From the NCBI GenBank assembly GCA_041739675.1, contig JBGSNL010000029.1:1-39231 (forward strand): a stretch of DNA of 39,231 bases, in the 5' to 3' direction. Numbering within the stretch: the stretch's first letter is position 1; each line of letters opens with the position of its first letter. Positions 1 through 8,497 of the stretch are shown in pieces. The notes under the pieces were generated by a model. That model did not search any database. It was given only the letters and a program-made list of their open reading frames with translations, and had not been told where the DNA came from. A program made the position numbers and the translations under genes. The DNA comes from a bacterium. Its GTDB lineage: Bacteria > UBA10199 > 2-02-FULL-44-16 > DYJF01.

Positions 1-1026
1 CGTCGTGCCGCCAAGCGCGGCCTTGAGCTTGGATTCCGCGTCGATCAGAAAGTTAGCAGAAGTGGCGACCTCGTCCCCTTCATTCAAGCCTGATTCCACC
101 ACATAGTAATCAGAAAGCTCCGCTCCGAGCTTAACCTCCTGCGGCATGAAGTGGGTTCCCTCATGGATGATAAAGACGATCTTGCGCTCACCCGAATCTA
201 TCACCGCATCTTTGGGTACCAGAAGTTTCCGGCCAAGGTCTTTCGAGATAATCGCGTTGACGAACATGTTGGGCTTGAGGGCGCCGTCTTCGTTTGAAAC
301 CTCTATGCGAATTCTAGCGGTGCGCGTCGCCTGATCAACAACCGGATCGATCGCGCGGACGATTCCTTCACGCGTTGTTCCGCCTGAGGGAAGTTCAATC
401 GTTACAGTTTGTCCTGCAGACGCGAAGGGCAGTTCATATTCGTAGATAACGGGATAAACCCACGCCGTCTTCCCCTGCGCGTACAGACCCTCCTGAACTT
501 TTCTCGTGCGCGCCAGCTCCTTTATTTGATCGGCGCCCATCCCCATAAGAATGAGTCTCTGCCTTGCGGCATCGGATAAACTTCTATCGCCCAGTTTTAT
601 CGCCTCTATATATTCGCGCTGGGCAACGGCCAGTTCGGGATCGAATGCGACCTTTGCGACAGCTCTTATTGTTTTCACGGCGTCCATGATCGTAATCGTA
701 GCTTTTTTAACGCCGATGAGCTGCTGCCTATCAGGAGTTATTGCAACGGCCGCTCTCTCCTGACCCGTCTTCTCCTGCGGGGTCTCTTCCTGCTTCATGG
801 GCACCAGCGTCATCCCGCATATCGGGCACTCGCCGGGCCGGTCTGACGTGTAGTTTGGATGCATCGGGCAGTAGTAGATCGTCTTGTGCGTCTCGTGCGC
901 ATGCATCTTCGCACCGCTTTGTTGACGGCCCGATGCGTACCATAATCCCGCACCGATAAGGACCGCGACTATGACGACGAAGAGAATTATTTTTGATTTT
1001 TGACTTTTGATTTTTGAATTCTCCAT
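1..1026 (-). CDS. Heavy-metal efflux RND periplasmic adaptor subunit (CusB-like), 3' end runs off the window
   Basis: Hand translation from ATG at 1026 (not in ORF track): MENSKIKSQKSKIILFVVIVAVLIGAGLWY...YYCPMHPNYTSDRPGECPICGMTLVP (heavy-metal-binding motif)...PELAVAQREY...LKPNMFV...VPKDAVIDSG...SANFLIDAESKLKAAL. Lies 3 bp downstream of the TolC stop. Confidence 0.9.
   Translation of the reverse strand, partial: MENSKIKSQKSKIILFVVIVAVLIGAGLWYASGRQQSGAKMHAHETHKTIYYCPMHPNYTSDRPGECPICGMTLVPMKQEETPQEKTGQERAAVAITPDRQQLIGVKKATITIMDAVKTIRAVAKVAFDPELAVAQREYIEAIKLGDRSLSDAARQRLILMGMGADQIKELARTRKVQEGLYAQGKTAWVYPVIYEYELPFASAGQTVTIELPSGGTTREGIVRAIDPVVDQATRTARIRIEVSNEDGALKPNMFVNAIISKDLGRKLLVPKDAVIDSGERKIVFIIHEGTHFMPQEVKLGAELSDYYVVESGLNEGDEVATSANFLIDAESKLKAALGGTT
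990..1017. repeat. Heptamer tandem repeat, 4 x YTTTTGA
   Basis: tttttga tttttga cttttga tttttga; encodes the KIKSQKSK N-terminus of the adaptor protein. Confidence 0.75.
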
Positions 1027-1029
1027 TGA

Positions 1030-2274
1030 TCACTCCTTGGCGGGACTCGCTCCCACAGCGCGCTCAAGATCCGCGTACGCCTTGGCCTCATCGGTTTTTG
1101 CGCGCACGAGCATCAACTCCGCATTGTTCAGACTGCGGATAGAATCGACAACGCCCAGAAAATCCCCCTTGCTCGAACCGTACGCTTCCTGCGAGGATGA
1201 CAGAAGAAGATGCGCGCGGGGGATTACCATTCCGGAATATATTTTTATCACTTTCCTTGCGGCCATCAGGCGGGCGTATGTGGATTTCACTTCGGCGGCG
1301 GTTCCAAGCTCAGTCTCTTCCTTCAAAGACCTGGCCCTCTTGACGAGGGCCTCCGATTCGCGGACGGCGAAGCGCTGCTTGGACAACGACCACAAGGGAA
1401 TTGAAAGACCGACTCTTCCGTACCATGCGTTCTGCTGATTTCCAGGCATATCCATGTAGCCCCATCTCAAAGTCAGGTCGGGCCCGTACTGGGATTTTGC
1501 ATATGAGAGCCTTGCTCCTTCGGAAGCGATCATGTGAGATGCCTCTGCTATCTCCGGTCTTTGCGCCTTCGCCTTGTCCAGGAGCTCCGCGAGAGGCTGC
1601 ACCGATGGAGGAGAGGGCGGCGCCTCGAATCTCGTCTCGGGTTCGATCGGTTCCGCCATGAGGCTTGAGAGCATCTCAAGAGCGGTCAGACGGTCCTGCT
1701 CTATCACGGCAAGCTGGCCTTCAACGTCGCCCAGCTCCACGGCCGCGCGCACGGGATCGGCCGCCGGCCGCGTCAGCGCCGCATATGCAGTCTCGGATGT
1801 CCCCTTGTTCTGGGAATATACCGAAAGGGTCCGGCGCTCGATCCTCGCTTCTTCCTGCAGACGCCAGACGTCGAAATAAGCCTTCTTCACCTGCCTTACG
1901 ACCTCCTGCGAAGTTACGTCCTCGCGCGATTGTTTCGCCTCAGCCGCGCGTTTCTCCGCCTTGTAGCCGTACACGAGCTTCGAGGGGAAGGGAATCTGCT
2001 GCTCGACCATGTACATTATTTGCCCCTGCGAAACATCGGCTGTATCGATCGGCACCTGCCAGAAATCTACCATGAACGTCGGATCGGGCGGTGTTGCCGC
2101 CTGCGGCGGACGGGCGTATGCGGCCCGTGCATCATGATATGACGCGGCGATCGAAGGATTCTGGGCAAGGACACGATCGATCACGGCTGGAAGCGTGAGA
2201 GTGGAAGATCCCGTCTCTGCCGCGTTTGTCGCCGTGCAAAACAAAATCAGTAAGACGACAATAAACCGCCTCAT
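1030..2274 (-). CDS. TolC-family outer membrane efflux protein
   Basis: Start re-assigned to MRRFIVVLLILFC (signal peptide, GGAGGGG RBS upstream); helical OEP-type repeats, QQIPFPSKL, C-terminal YADLERAVG; adjacent to the adaptor gene. Confidence 0.88.
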   Translation of the reverse strand: MRRFIVVLLILFCTATNAAETGSSTLTLPAVIDRVLAQNPSIAASYHDARAAYARPPQAATPPDPTFMVDFWQVPIDTADVSQGQIMYMVEQQIPFPSKLVYGYKAEKRAAEAKQSREDVTSQEVVRQVKKAYFDVWRLQEEARIERRTLSVYSQNKGTSETAYAALTRPAADPVRAAVELGDVEGQLAVIEQDRLTALEMLSSLMAEPIEPETRFEAPPSPPSVQPLAELLDKAKAQRPEIAEASHMIASEGARLSYAKSQYGPDLTLRWGYMDMPGNQQNAWYGRVGLSIPLWSLSKQRFAVRESEALVKRARSLKEETELGTAAEVKSTYARLMAARKVIKIYSGMVIPRAHLLLSSSQEAYGSSKGDFLGVVDSIRSLNNAELMLVRAKTDEAKAYADLERAVGASPAKE

Positions 2275-2341
2275 CACCCCTCCTGACGGATATTTTCTCT
2301 GGCAATATTCAACCTCGGTGATATACCACAGCCCGAAGAGG

Positions 2342-3730
2342 ATGAAAATGGTAGTGATTACCAATGCACAGATCGCTTCAGGCACTGAAAATGATACAAA
2401 GAAGTGCCATATTCTCATCGATGGGGAGAGAATCAATGAGATCCTTCCCGCCTCACAGAAAATACCGGCAGGCGAAGTTGTAATCGAAGCCGATGGTCTG
2501 CTGGTTCTGCCCGGTGCAATAGATCCCCACGTTCATTTCGATACGCCTGGTTTCACAGAGCGAGAAGATTTCGAAACGGGCACAAAGAGCGCGGCCGCGG
2601 GCGGCGTCACCACCGTCATCGACATGCCCGATACCTCCGTCCCGCCGGTCACCGACAAAAAGAATCTGGATGCGAAACTTTCCGTGGTCGAAAAGATGGC
2701 CGTCGTCGATTTCGCTCTGTGGGGCGGCGTGTCGGGAAATGCTTACAGGGCGGGCGGCTGGCAGAAGGCGATGCGCGATCTCAGGCAGGCGGGAGTCGTC
2801 GGCTTCAAGTGCTATCTCATCTCCGGTATGGCGGAGTTCATGCATCTCATGCCGCTCGATCTCATCGAGGTAATGCGCGAAGCAAAAGAGATCGGCGCGC
2901 TGGTGGGCCTCCATTCGGAGGACAGGGAGCTGATCGTAGGCCGTCAGGCGCAGATGCTCGCGGGCGGACGGCGCGATCCCGTCGCATATTATGAAGCGAG
3001 AAAAGATCCCGCCGAGGAAAACGGCGCGAGGTTCGGCGTTGCCATAGCGCGCGAGACGGGCGCGTCCCTGCACATCGTGCACGTTGGTTCAGGCGCGGCG
3101 TCGCAGGTGATCTCTGAAGCCAGGAAAGACGGCGTCGATGTGACGGCGGAAACCTGTGCCCACTATCTTGCCTTTTCAAATGAGGATTTCGGGCGGCTGG
3201 GAAGCGTTCTCAAGACCGCACCCGTCGTGAAGACGCGTCAGGACAACGAAAAACTTTGGGAAGGCTTAAGGGCGGGGACGATTGATTTTCTCGCCAGCGA
3301 TCATGCGCCGTGCCAGAAGCGCGAAAAGGAAACCGGCTCGATCTGGACCGACTACGGCGGAATTTCCGGGACTGAGATGCTCTTGCCGTTCGCATTCTCG
3401 GAAGGATACGCGAAAGGTAAACTTACGCTCGCCAGGCTCGTCGAAGTGACATCCAAGAACGCCGCGAAGCGTTTCGGGCTCCATCCGCGCAAAGGCGGGA
3501 TAGCGGCCGGGTGCGATGCCGATCTTGTCTTCATCGATCCAAAAAAGAAATGGAAAGTCAGCGGTGAAAAATTCGAATCAAAGGGGAAACTCACTCCGTT
3601 CGAGGGAATGGAATTCACTGGCAAAGTCGTGAGGACAATGGTGCGCGGGCAGACGGTATATGAAGAAGGCAAAGGAATCGTGGCTGCACCCGGAAGCGGG
3701 AAGTGGATCAGGGTCGGTGCGTTATTTTAA
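2342..3730 (+). CDS. Metal-dependent cyclic amidohydrolase (allantoinase / dihydropyrimidinase-hydantoinase family)
   Basis: LPGAIDPHVHF, AAAGGVTTVIDMP, VVGFKCY, HIVHV, ETCAHYL, ASDHAP, DADLV motifs; start at MKMVVITNA. Confidence 0.9.
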   Translation: MKMVVITNAQIASGTENDTKKCHILIDGERINEILPASQKIPAGEVVIEADGLLVLPGAIDPHVHFDTPGFTEREDFETGTKSAAAGGVTTVIDMPDTSVPPVTDKKNLDAKLSVVEKMAVVDFALWGGVSGNAYRAGGWQKAMRDLRQAGVVGFKCYLISGMAEFMHLMPLDLIEVMREAKEIGALVGLHSEDRELIVGRQAQMLAGGRRDPVAYYEARKDPAEENGARFGVAIARETGASLHIVHVGSGAASQVISEARKDGVDVTAETCAHYLAFSNEDFGRLGSVLKTAPVVKTRQDNEKLWEGLRAGTIDFLASDHAPCQKREKETGSIWTDYGGISGTEMLLPFAFSEGYAKGKLTLARLVEVTSKNAAKRFGLHPRKGGIAAGCDADLVFIDPKKKWKVSGEKFESKGKLTPFEGMEFTGKVVRTMVRGQTVYEEGKGIVAAPGSGKWIRVGALF

Positions 3731-3733
3731 TTT

Positions 3734-3802
3734 TGTCATTCTGAACGAAGTGAAGAATCCCGTGAGGGCCTCGGGATTCTTCGCCTGCGGCTCAGAATGA
3801 CA
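3734..3802. repeat. REP-like palindromic element (TGTCATTCTGA...TCAGAATGACA)
   Basis: Inverted arms TGTCATTCTGA/TCAGAATGACA and GAAGAATCCCG/CGGGATTCTTC; related half-units at 38536-38562 and 38841-38867. Confidence 0.85.
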
Positions 3803-3809
3803 GCATGTT

Positions 3810-5000
3810 ATGCAAAATAAAATTTTAAAACTTGCGCAATCCTACGAACCCCAGATCGCGGGCTTTCTAGCCGACATCGTCTCCATCCCCTCATTCTCCG
3901 GCGATGAGGGCAAAGTCGTGGAGCGCATAAGTCTTGAGATGAAGAAGGTGGGTTTTGACGATGTGAGGGTCGACGGGCTGGGCTCCATTGTCGGCAGAAT
4001 AGGAAAGGGAAAGACCGTAATCGCGATGGACGCGCATATAGATACGGTTGATGTCGGCAACCGTGATTTGTGGAGCTTCGATCCCTTCAAGGGATTTGTG
4101 AAAGACGGAAAAGTGTGGGGGCGCGGAGCCGCGGATCAGAAGGGCGGCATGGCCGCGATGGTCTATGCCGGCAAATTGATAAAGGAGCTCGGGCTCGAAG
4201 GCGATTATACGCTGCTCGTAACAGGTACCGTCATGGAAGAGGACTGCGACGGACTTTGCTGGCAATATCTTATAAAGGAAGAAAAGATCCGTCCCGATGT
4301 GTGCGTTCTTACAGAACCGACAGGTCTTAGAATTTACCGCGGTCACCGCGGGCGCATGGAGATGGAAGTGAAGGTTGAGGGGAAATCGGCGCACGGTTCC
4401 GCTCCGGAGCGCGGCGATAATGCGATTTATAAAATGGCGCCGCTCACTCTCGAAATCGCAAAGCTCAATGAAAAATTGAAAAGCGATCCGTTCCTTGGAA
4501 AAGGAACGGTCGTTGTCAGCCAAATTTCTTCGGTCGGCCCGTCACAGTGCGCGGTCCCCGACGGTTGCAGCATCTATCTCGATAGAAGGCTTACGGCGGG
4601 GGAGACGAAAGAGATCGCAGTCAAGCAAATCGAAGAAATGGTCAAAAAAGCAGGCGGCTGTGTGAGCGTTCCGAAATACGAGAAGGCCGCATACACCGGC
4701 AAAATCTATCCCACAGAAAAATATTATCCAACGTGGACAATTCCTGAAAATCACGTGGCCGTCAAAGCGGCCGCATCAGTTTGCAAAGAGCTCTTTGGCG
4801 CAGCGCCCAAGATCGACAAGTGGACCTTTTCCACAAACGGCGTGGCCATCTGCGGAATGCATCAAATTCCCTGCATCGGTTTCGGCCCGGGTTTCGAGGA
4901 GCAGGCCCATGCCCCCGATGAGTGGATTCAAACCGAGCATTTATACAAGGCAGCGGCCTTCTACGCCGCGTTCCCGGGCGCGTATCTTAAGGCAATTTAA
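3810..5000 (+). CDS. ygeY: YgeY-family M20 metallohydrolase
   Basis: DAHIDTV, GRGAADQKGG, MEEDCDGLCW, IYRGHRGRME, HGSAPERGDNAIYKM, WTFSTNGV, GFGPG..QAHAPDE are characteristic of YgeY. Confidence 0.88.
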   Translation: MQNKILKLAQSYEPQIAGFLADIVSIPSFSGDEGKVVERISLEMKKVGFDDVRVDGLGSIVGRIGKGKTVIAMDAHIDTVDVGNRDLWSFDPFKGFVKDGKVWGRGAADQKGGMAAMVYAGKLIKELGLEGDYTLLVTGTVMEEDCDGLCWQYLIKEEKIRPDVCVLTEPTGLRIYRGHRGRMEMEVKVEGKSAHGSAPERGDNAIYKMAPLTLEIAKLNEKLKSDPFLGKGTVVVSQISSVGPSQCAVPDGCSIYLDRRLTAGETKEIAVKQIEEMVKKAGGCVSVPKYEKAAYTGKIYPTEKYYPTWTIPENHVAVKAAASVCKELFGAAPKIDKWTFSTNGVAICGMHQIPCIGFGPGFEEQAHAPDEWIQTEHLYKAAAFYAAFPGAYLKAI

Positions 5001-5060
5001 GCGATTGCATTTTAAAACGGAATGAATAGAATACGCAAAACCTGAAAAAAAGGAGGCAGT

Positions 5061-5507
5061 ATGAAAAAATTGTTAGGGCTCGCAGTGGTAGTGGCAGTGG
5101 CTTTTGCTTTCTCCGTTTATGCCGGACAGACCGGCACGACGACGGAAGAAGTGAAGTCAAAAACGACGGCCGAAGGAACGACGACGACCGTGAAGGAAAA
5201 GACGAAGGAGATGAAGGAGAAGGAAACGATCACCACGACGCCGGCGAAAAAAGAAGTCGATGTTACGGACGTCAAGAAGTTCAAGCAGGGCGATGTCTGG
5301 AAAGACACAGTGAAGTTCGAGAAGTATGAAGCGAACAGCGACTACATCTATGTGACGAAGGAAGATAAGACCTATCGCTTGAAACACAAGCTCTCCGACA
5401 CCGACAAGCAGGCCATGATGAAGAAAAAGAAGGGCGACACTGTAGAGGTCACATCTACTTATCCTCTTACCAATCAGGAACTGGCCATCATCATGACGGC
5501 GAAGTAG
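5061..5507 (+). CDS. Hypothetical exported protein, Lys/Thr-rich
   Basis: AGGAGG RBS, signal peptide MKKLLGLAVVVAVAFAFSVYA, followed by a terminator. Confidence 0.75.
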   Translation: MKKLLGLAVVVAVAFAFSVYAGQTGTTTEEVKSKTTAEGTTTTVKEKTKEMKEKETITTTPAKKEVDVTDVKKFKQGDVWKDTVKFEKYEANSDYIYVTKEDKTYRLKHKLSDTDKQAMMKKKKGDTVEVTSTYPLTNQELAIIMTAK

Positions 5508-5526
5508 AATCATCTTAGCGGATTTC

Positions 5527-5559
5527 AAAAAGGCCCCGGAATTTCCGGGGCCTTTTTTT
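5527..5559 (+). terminator. Intrinsic terminator
   Basis: AAAAAGGCCCCGGAA-T-TTCCGGGGCCTTTTTTT hairpin with T tract. Confidence 0.85.
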
Positions 5560-5622
5560 GTCCTTGTCATTTATTTCCATGAGGACCTATAAGATTTGGC
5601 GTACCAATATGGGGAGGCACAT

Positions 5623-6633
5623 ATGGCATCGCTTGCCGGAAGACATTTCATAACGGAGCAGGACTGGGCAAAAGACGAAATAGATCGCGCACTCGATCTC
5701 TCATACGATCTCAAGGACAAATTCAAAAAACGCGTGCCGACGAGATATCTGCCGGACCAGACCGTCTTCATGATATTTTTCGAGCAGTCCACGAGGACGC
5801 GCAATTCAATGGAGGCGGGCATCACGCAGCTGGGCGGCCATGCGCACGATTTGACAGCGGACAAGATGCAGCTCTCTCACGGCGAGAGCCCGAAAGACAC
5901 CGCCATTGTTTTGTCGCGGATGGGACACGCCATCGCCTGCCGCAACTGTTTCTACGGAATCGGAAATAAATATCTAAACGAGATGGCGAAGTGGTCCACG
6001 ATCCCTATTCTGAATTTGCAGGACGATCTCTATCACCCGATGCAGGGGTTGGCCGATCTCATGGTGATGCAGGAAAAATTCGGGCGCAACTTGAAAGGGC
6101 TCAAGGTTTCGATCAGCTGGGCCTATGCGACCTCACATGCCAAACCGCTTTCGGTTCCGCAGACGCAGATCATGCTCTTCACGCGTTACGGGATGGACGT
6201 GACTGTCGCGGCACCAAAAGAATTCCCGCTCCTCCCCGATCTTGTAGGCCAGGCGCAGAAGAACGCGAAAGAGAACGGCGGGAGCTTGCGTTTTGTGGAC
6301 AACATGGACGCCGGCTTCGAGGGGGCCCAGATAGTGATCCCCAAAAACTGGGGCGGGTTCGCGCATTTCAAAGATTACAAAGACGACGAAGAACATAAGA
6401 ATGCGATGAAGGCGAATCTTGAAAAATACAAAGACTGGATATGCGACGCGCGCCGCATGAAGCTCGCGTCAAAGGACGTGAAATATATGCATGCGCTCCC
6501 CGCCGACCGCGGCAAAGAGGTGACAGAAGAGGTGATCGACAACGAGAACTGGTCGATCATATACGATGAAGCTGAAAACCGTCTTCACACGGCAAAGGCA
6601 GTAATGGCGCTGACAATGGGCGGAGTGAAATAA
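5623..6633 (+). CDS. Carbamoyltransferase, YgeW-like (ornithine carbamoyltransferase superfamily)
   Basis: QSTRTR, HPMQGLAD, SWAYATSHAKPLSVPQ (YgeW-like loop), MHALPAD, EAENRLH; GGGGAGG RBS before ATG 5623. Confidence 0.85.
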   Translation: MASLAGRHFITEQDWAKDEIDRALDLSYDLKDKFKKRVPTRYLPDQTVFMIFFEQSTRTRNSMEAGITQLGGHAHDLTADKMQLSHGESPKDTAIVLSRMGHAIACRNCFYGIGNKYLNEMAKWSTIPILNLQDDLYHPMQGLADLMVMQEKFGRNLKGLKVSISWAYATSHAKPLSVPQTQIMLFTRYGMDVTVAAPKEFPLLPDLVGQAQKNAKENGGSLRFVDNMDAGFEGAQIVIPKNWGGFAHFKDYKDDEEHKNAMKANLEKYKDWICDARRMKLASKDVKYMHALPADRGKEVTEEVIDNENWSIIYDEAENRLHTAKAVMALTMGGVK

Positions 6634-6636
6634 ATA

Positions 6637-6699
6637 AAAAAGGGGACGTTTCTCCTTCTCACGTGCGGCTCATGTGAAAATGAGAAACGTCCCCTTTTT
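6637..6699. terminator. Long inverted repeat, likely bidirectional terminator
   Basis: Perfect 18-bp arms AAAAAGGGGACGTTTCTC / GAGAAACGTCCCCTTTTT between convergent genes. Confidence 0.7.
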
Positions 6700-6701
6700 A
6701 C

Positions 6702-7112
6702 TTATCCAACTCTCAACAACGTATTAAATGTTTTTTCCGCATCGTTCGTCGTGAAGGCCGTCGACGTCTTCTTGCCGCCGACCATCGTGGTGCAATAGCT
6801 GCAGAAGATATTGATCTTCTCGCTGGAAAGGGCCTCGGTTGCTTTTCTCAGCATGCCGGGCTTGTTGTTGGTCTCCCACAGAACCGTGGGATTTTCCTCG
6901 ACCGCGAACCCTTCCTTGGCCAGTATGGTGCGGGCCTTCGTGTTGTCGTCCGTGATGATGCGGTAGGCCGCCTCATTACCCCATTCGTAGGCGCAATACC
7001 CCTCTACGTTGATCCCGTTTTTCGTCAGGGGATTTGTGACCCGTGTGAGCGAACCCAGCTGATTGGGGGTCATGATGAACAACTCGGTCGTCTTCCTTGC
7101 TTTCGGCGGCAT
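6702..7112 (-). CDS. Tandem ACT-domain protein
   Basis: Two ACT-like units (TPNQLGSLTRVTNPLTKNGINVE; NNKPGMLRKATEALSSEKINI); AAAGGAGA RBS before ATG 7112. Confidence 0.8.
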   Translation of the reverse strand: MPPKARKTTELFIMTPNQLGSLTRVTNPLTKNGINVEGYCAYEWGNEAAYRIITDDNTKARTILAKEGFAVEENPTVLWETNNKPGMLRKATEALSSEKINIFCSYCTTMVGGKKTSTAFTTNDAEKTFNTLLRVG

Positions 7113-7243
7113 ACTTGTTTCTCCTTTCGTTTCTTGGTTTGTCGCAGCCAGGCGGGGATACATATCAGAAATTTTCAAAAAATCAACAATACTTGATAAA
7201 AAATTGCGAGTGTGGTCGAATCGGATAACTTTTGGGGGACCAG

Positions 7244-8497
7244 GTGGAAGAGGGCTACACAATCCAGCAGGCCGCAATCGAGGCGGGAAGGTGCCTTATG
7301 TGCGCCGACGCGCCCTGCACCTGCGATTGCCCGGCCGGAGTGGATGCCAGGGGGTTCATCAGAAAAATCCGTTTTGAGAACTTCGACGGTGCGGTTCGCC
7401 TGTTAAAACAGGGCAACGTGCTTGCGGGTAGTTGCGCCTACATCTGCCCCACCAGCTCGCAATGCGCCAAGGGATGCACGGCGGCGGGGCTAACGACCCC
7501 CATCGATATTGCGGGGTTGCAGCGTTTTGTCATGGACTATGAAAGGGCGAGGGGGATGATTGAGCCCGCCCGGCCCAAACGCGGCGGCAAAAAAGTGGCG
7601 GTAATAGGTTCCGGGCCCGCGGGGCTTGGATGCGCAGCGGAACTGGCCATCCGTGGCCATATCGTCACGGTCTTCGAATCCGGCCCCGAAGTCGGCGGCA
7701 TGCTTCGACGGGTCATCCCGTCATTTCGTCTCCCTTCCATGGTCATCGACTTTGAGGTATCGTTCATAAAAAAATTGGGCGTCGAGTTTGAATGCTTGAA
7801 AACGATAGAGCAGCCGCAGGATCTTCTGGCAAAGGGCTTTGATGCGGTCTTCGTGGGCGCGGGGCTTCAGAAGCCCGCTGGCGGCGATTTGATAGGAGAA
7901 AATCTTTCAGGCGTTTTTCAGGCCCTTGATTTTCTCTTCAAATCCAAAGAGGGGCAGATGCCGCAGCTTGGGCGTCGCGTTGTAGTGATCGGCGGCGGCG
8001 ACACGGCGATCGATGCGGCGCGCGTTTCAAAGCGCACGGGCGCCGAATGTTTCATTCTCTATCGCCGCACGCAGCACGAGATGCCGGCATATGCAGAGGA
8101 GATAGAAGCCGCGTGGAACGACGGCGTGGAATTTTATTTCAGGGTGCTTTTGCGCTCCATCGTCGGAACGGACAAGGTGACCGGTGTCAGATGCGTGCGC
8201 ATAAAATGGCGCGATCATTCTTCCGGTGCGGCGAGAGGCTATGATATCGAAGGCCAGGAGTTTGTGATCCCGTGTGATACTGTCATCTACGCGATAGGCC
8301 AGGGGCCGGAGAGCAATTTCGGGCTCAGGACCACGCCTGAAGGTTACGTCGCCGTTCACAAAGATACGATGATGACGTCGGCGGAGGGGATATTTGCGGG
8401 CGGAGATTGTGTAACCGGCGGCGGAACAGCGGCGTGGGCGGTGGGCTCGGGAAAACGCGCCGCAATTGAAATGGACAAATACTTAAAGACAAAATGA
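7244..8497 (+). CDS. preT: NAD(P)-dependent dihydropyrimidine dehydrogenase subunit PreT-like (GltD-like Fe-S flavoprotein)
   Basis: RCLMCADAPCTCDCPA, CAYICP...CAKGC, VIGSGPAGL, VIGGGDTAIDAAR, YRRT, IFAGGD; start (GTG 7244 vs TTG 7232) uncertain. Confidence 0.8.
   Translation: MEEGYTIQQAAIEAGRCLMCADAPCTCDCPAGVDARGFIRKIRFENFDGAVRLLKQGNVLAGSCAYICPTSSQCAKGCTAAGLTTPIDIAGLQRFVMDYERARGMIEPARPKRGGKKVAVIGSGPAGLGCAAELAIRGHIVTVFESGPEVGGMLRRVIPSFRLPSMVIDFEVSFIKKLGVEFECLKTIEQPQDLLAKGFDAVFVGAGLQKPAGGDLIGENLSGVFQALDFLFKSKEGQMPQLGRRVVVIGGGDTAIDAARVSKRTGAECFILYRRTQHEMPAYAEEIEAAWNDGVEFYFRVLLRSIVGTDKVTGVRCVRIKWRDHSSGAARGYDIEGQEFVIPCDTVIYAIGQGPESNFGLRTTPEGYVAVHKDTMMTSAEGIFAGGDCVTGGGTAAWAVGSGKRAAIEMDKYLKTK

Noticed and set aside
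731..1033. 100-aa minus-strand ORF in the track
   Set aside because: Wrong frame; the frame starting at 1026 gives the CusB-like protein with CPMHP/CPICGM motifs.
2195..2436. Apparent overlap of the TolC and amidohydrolase ORFs
   Set aside because: An artefact of longest-ORF starts; the likely starts are 2274(-) and 2342(+).
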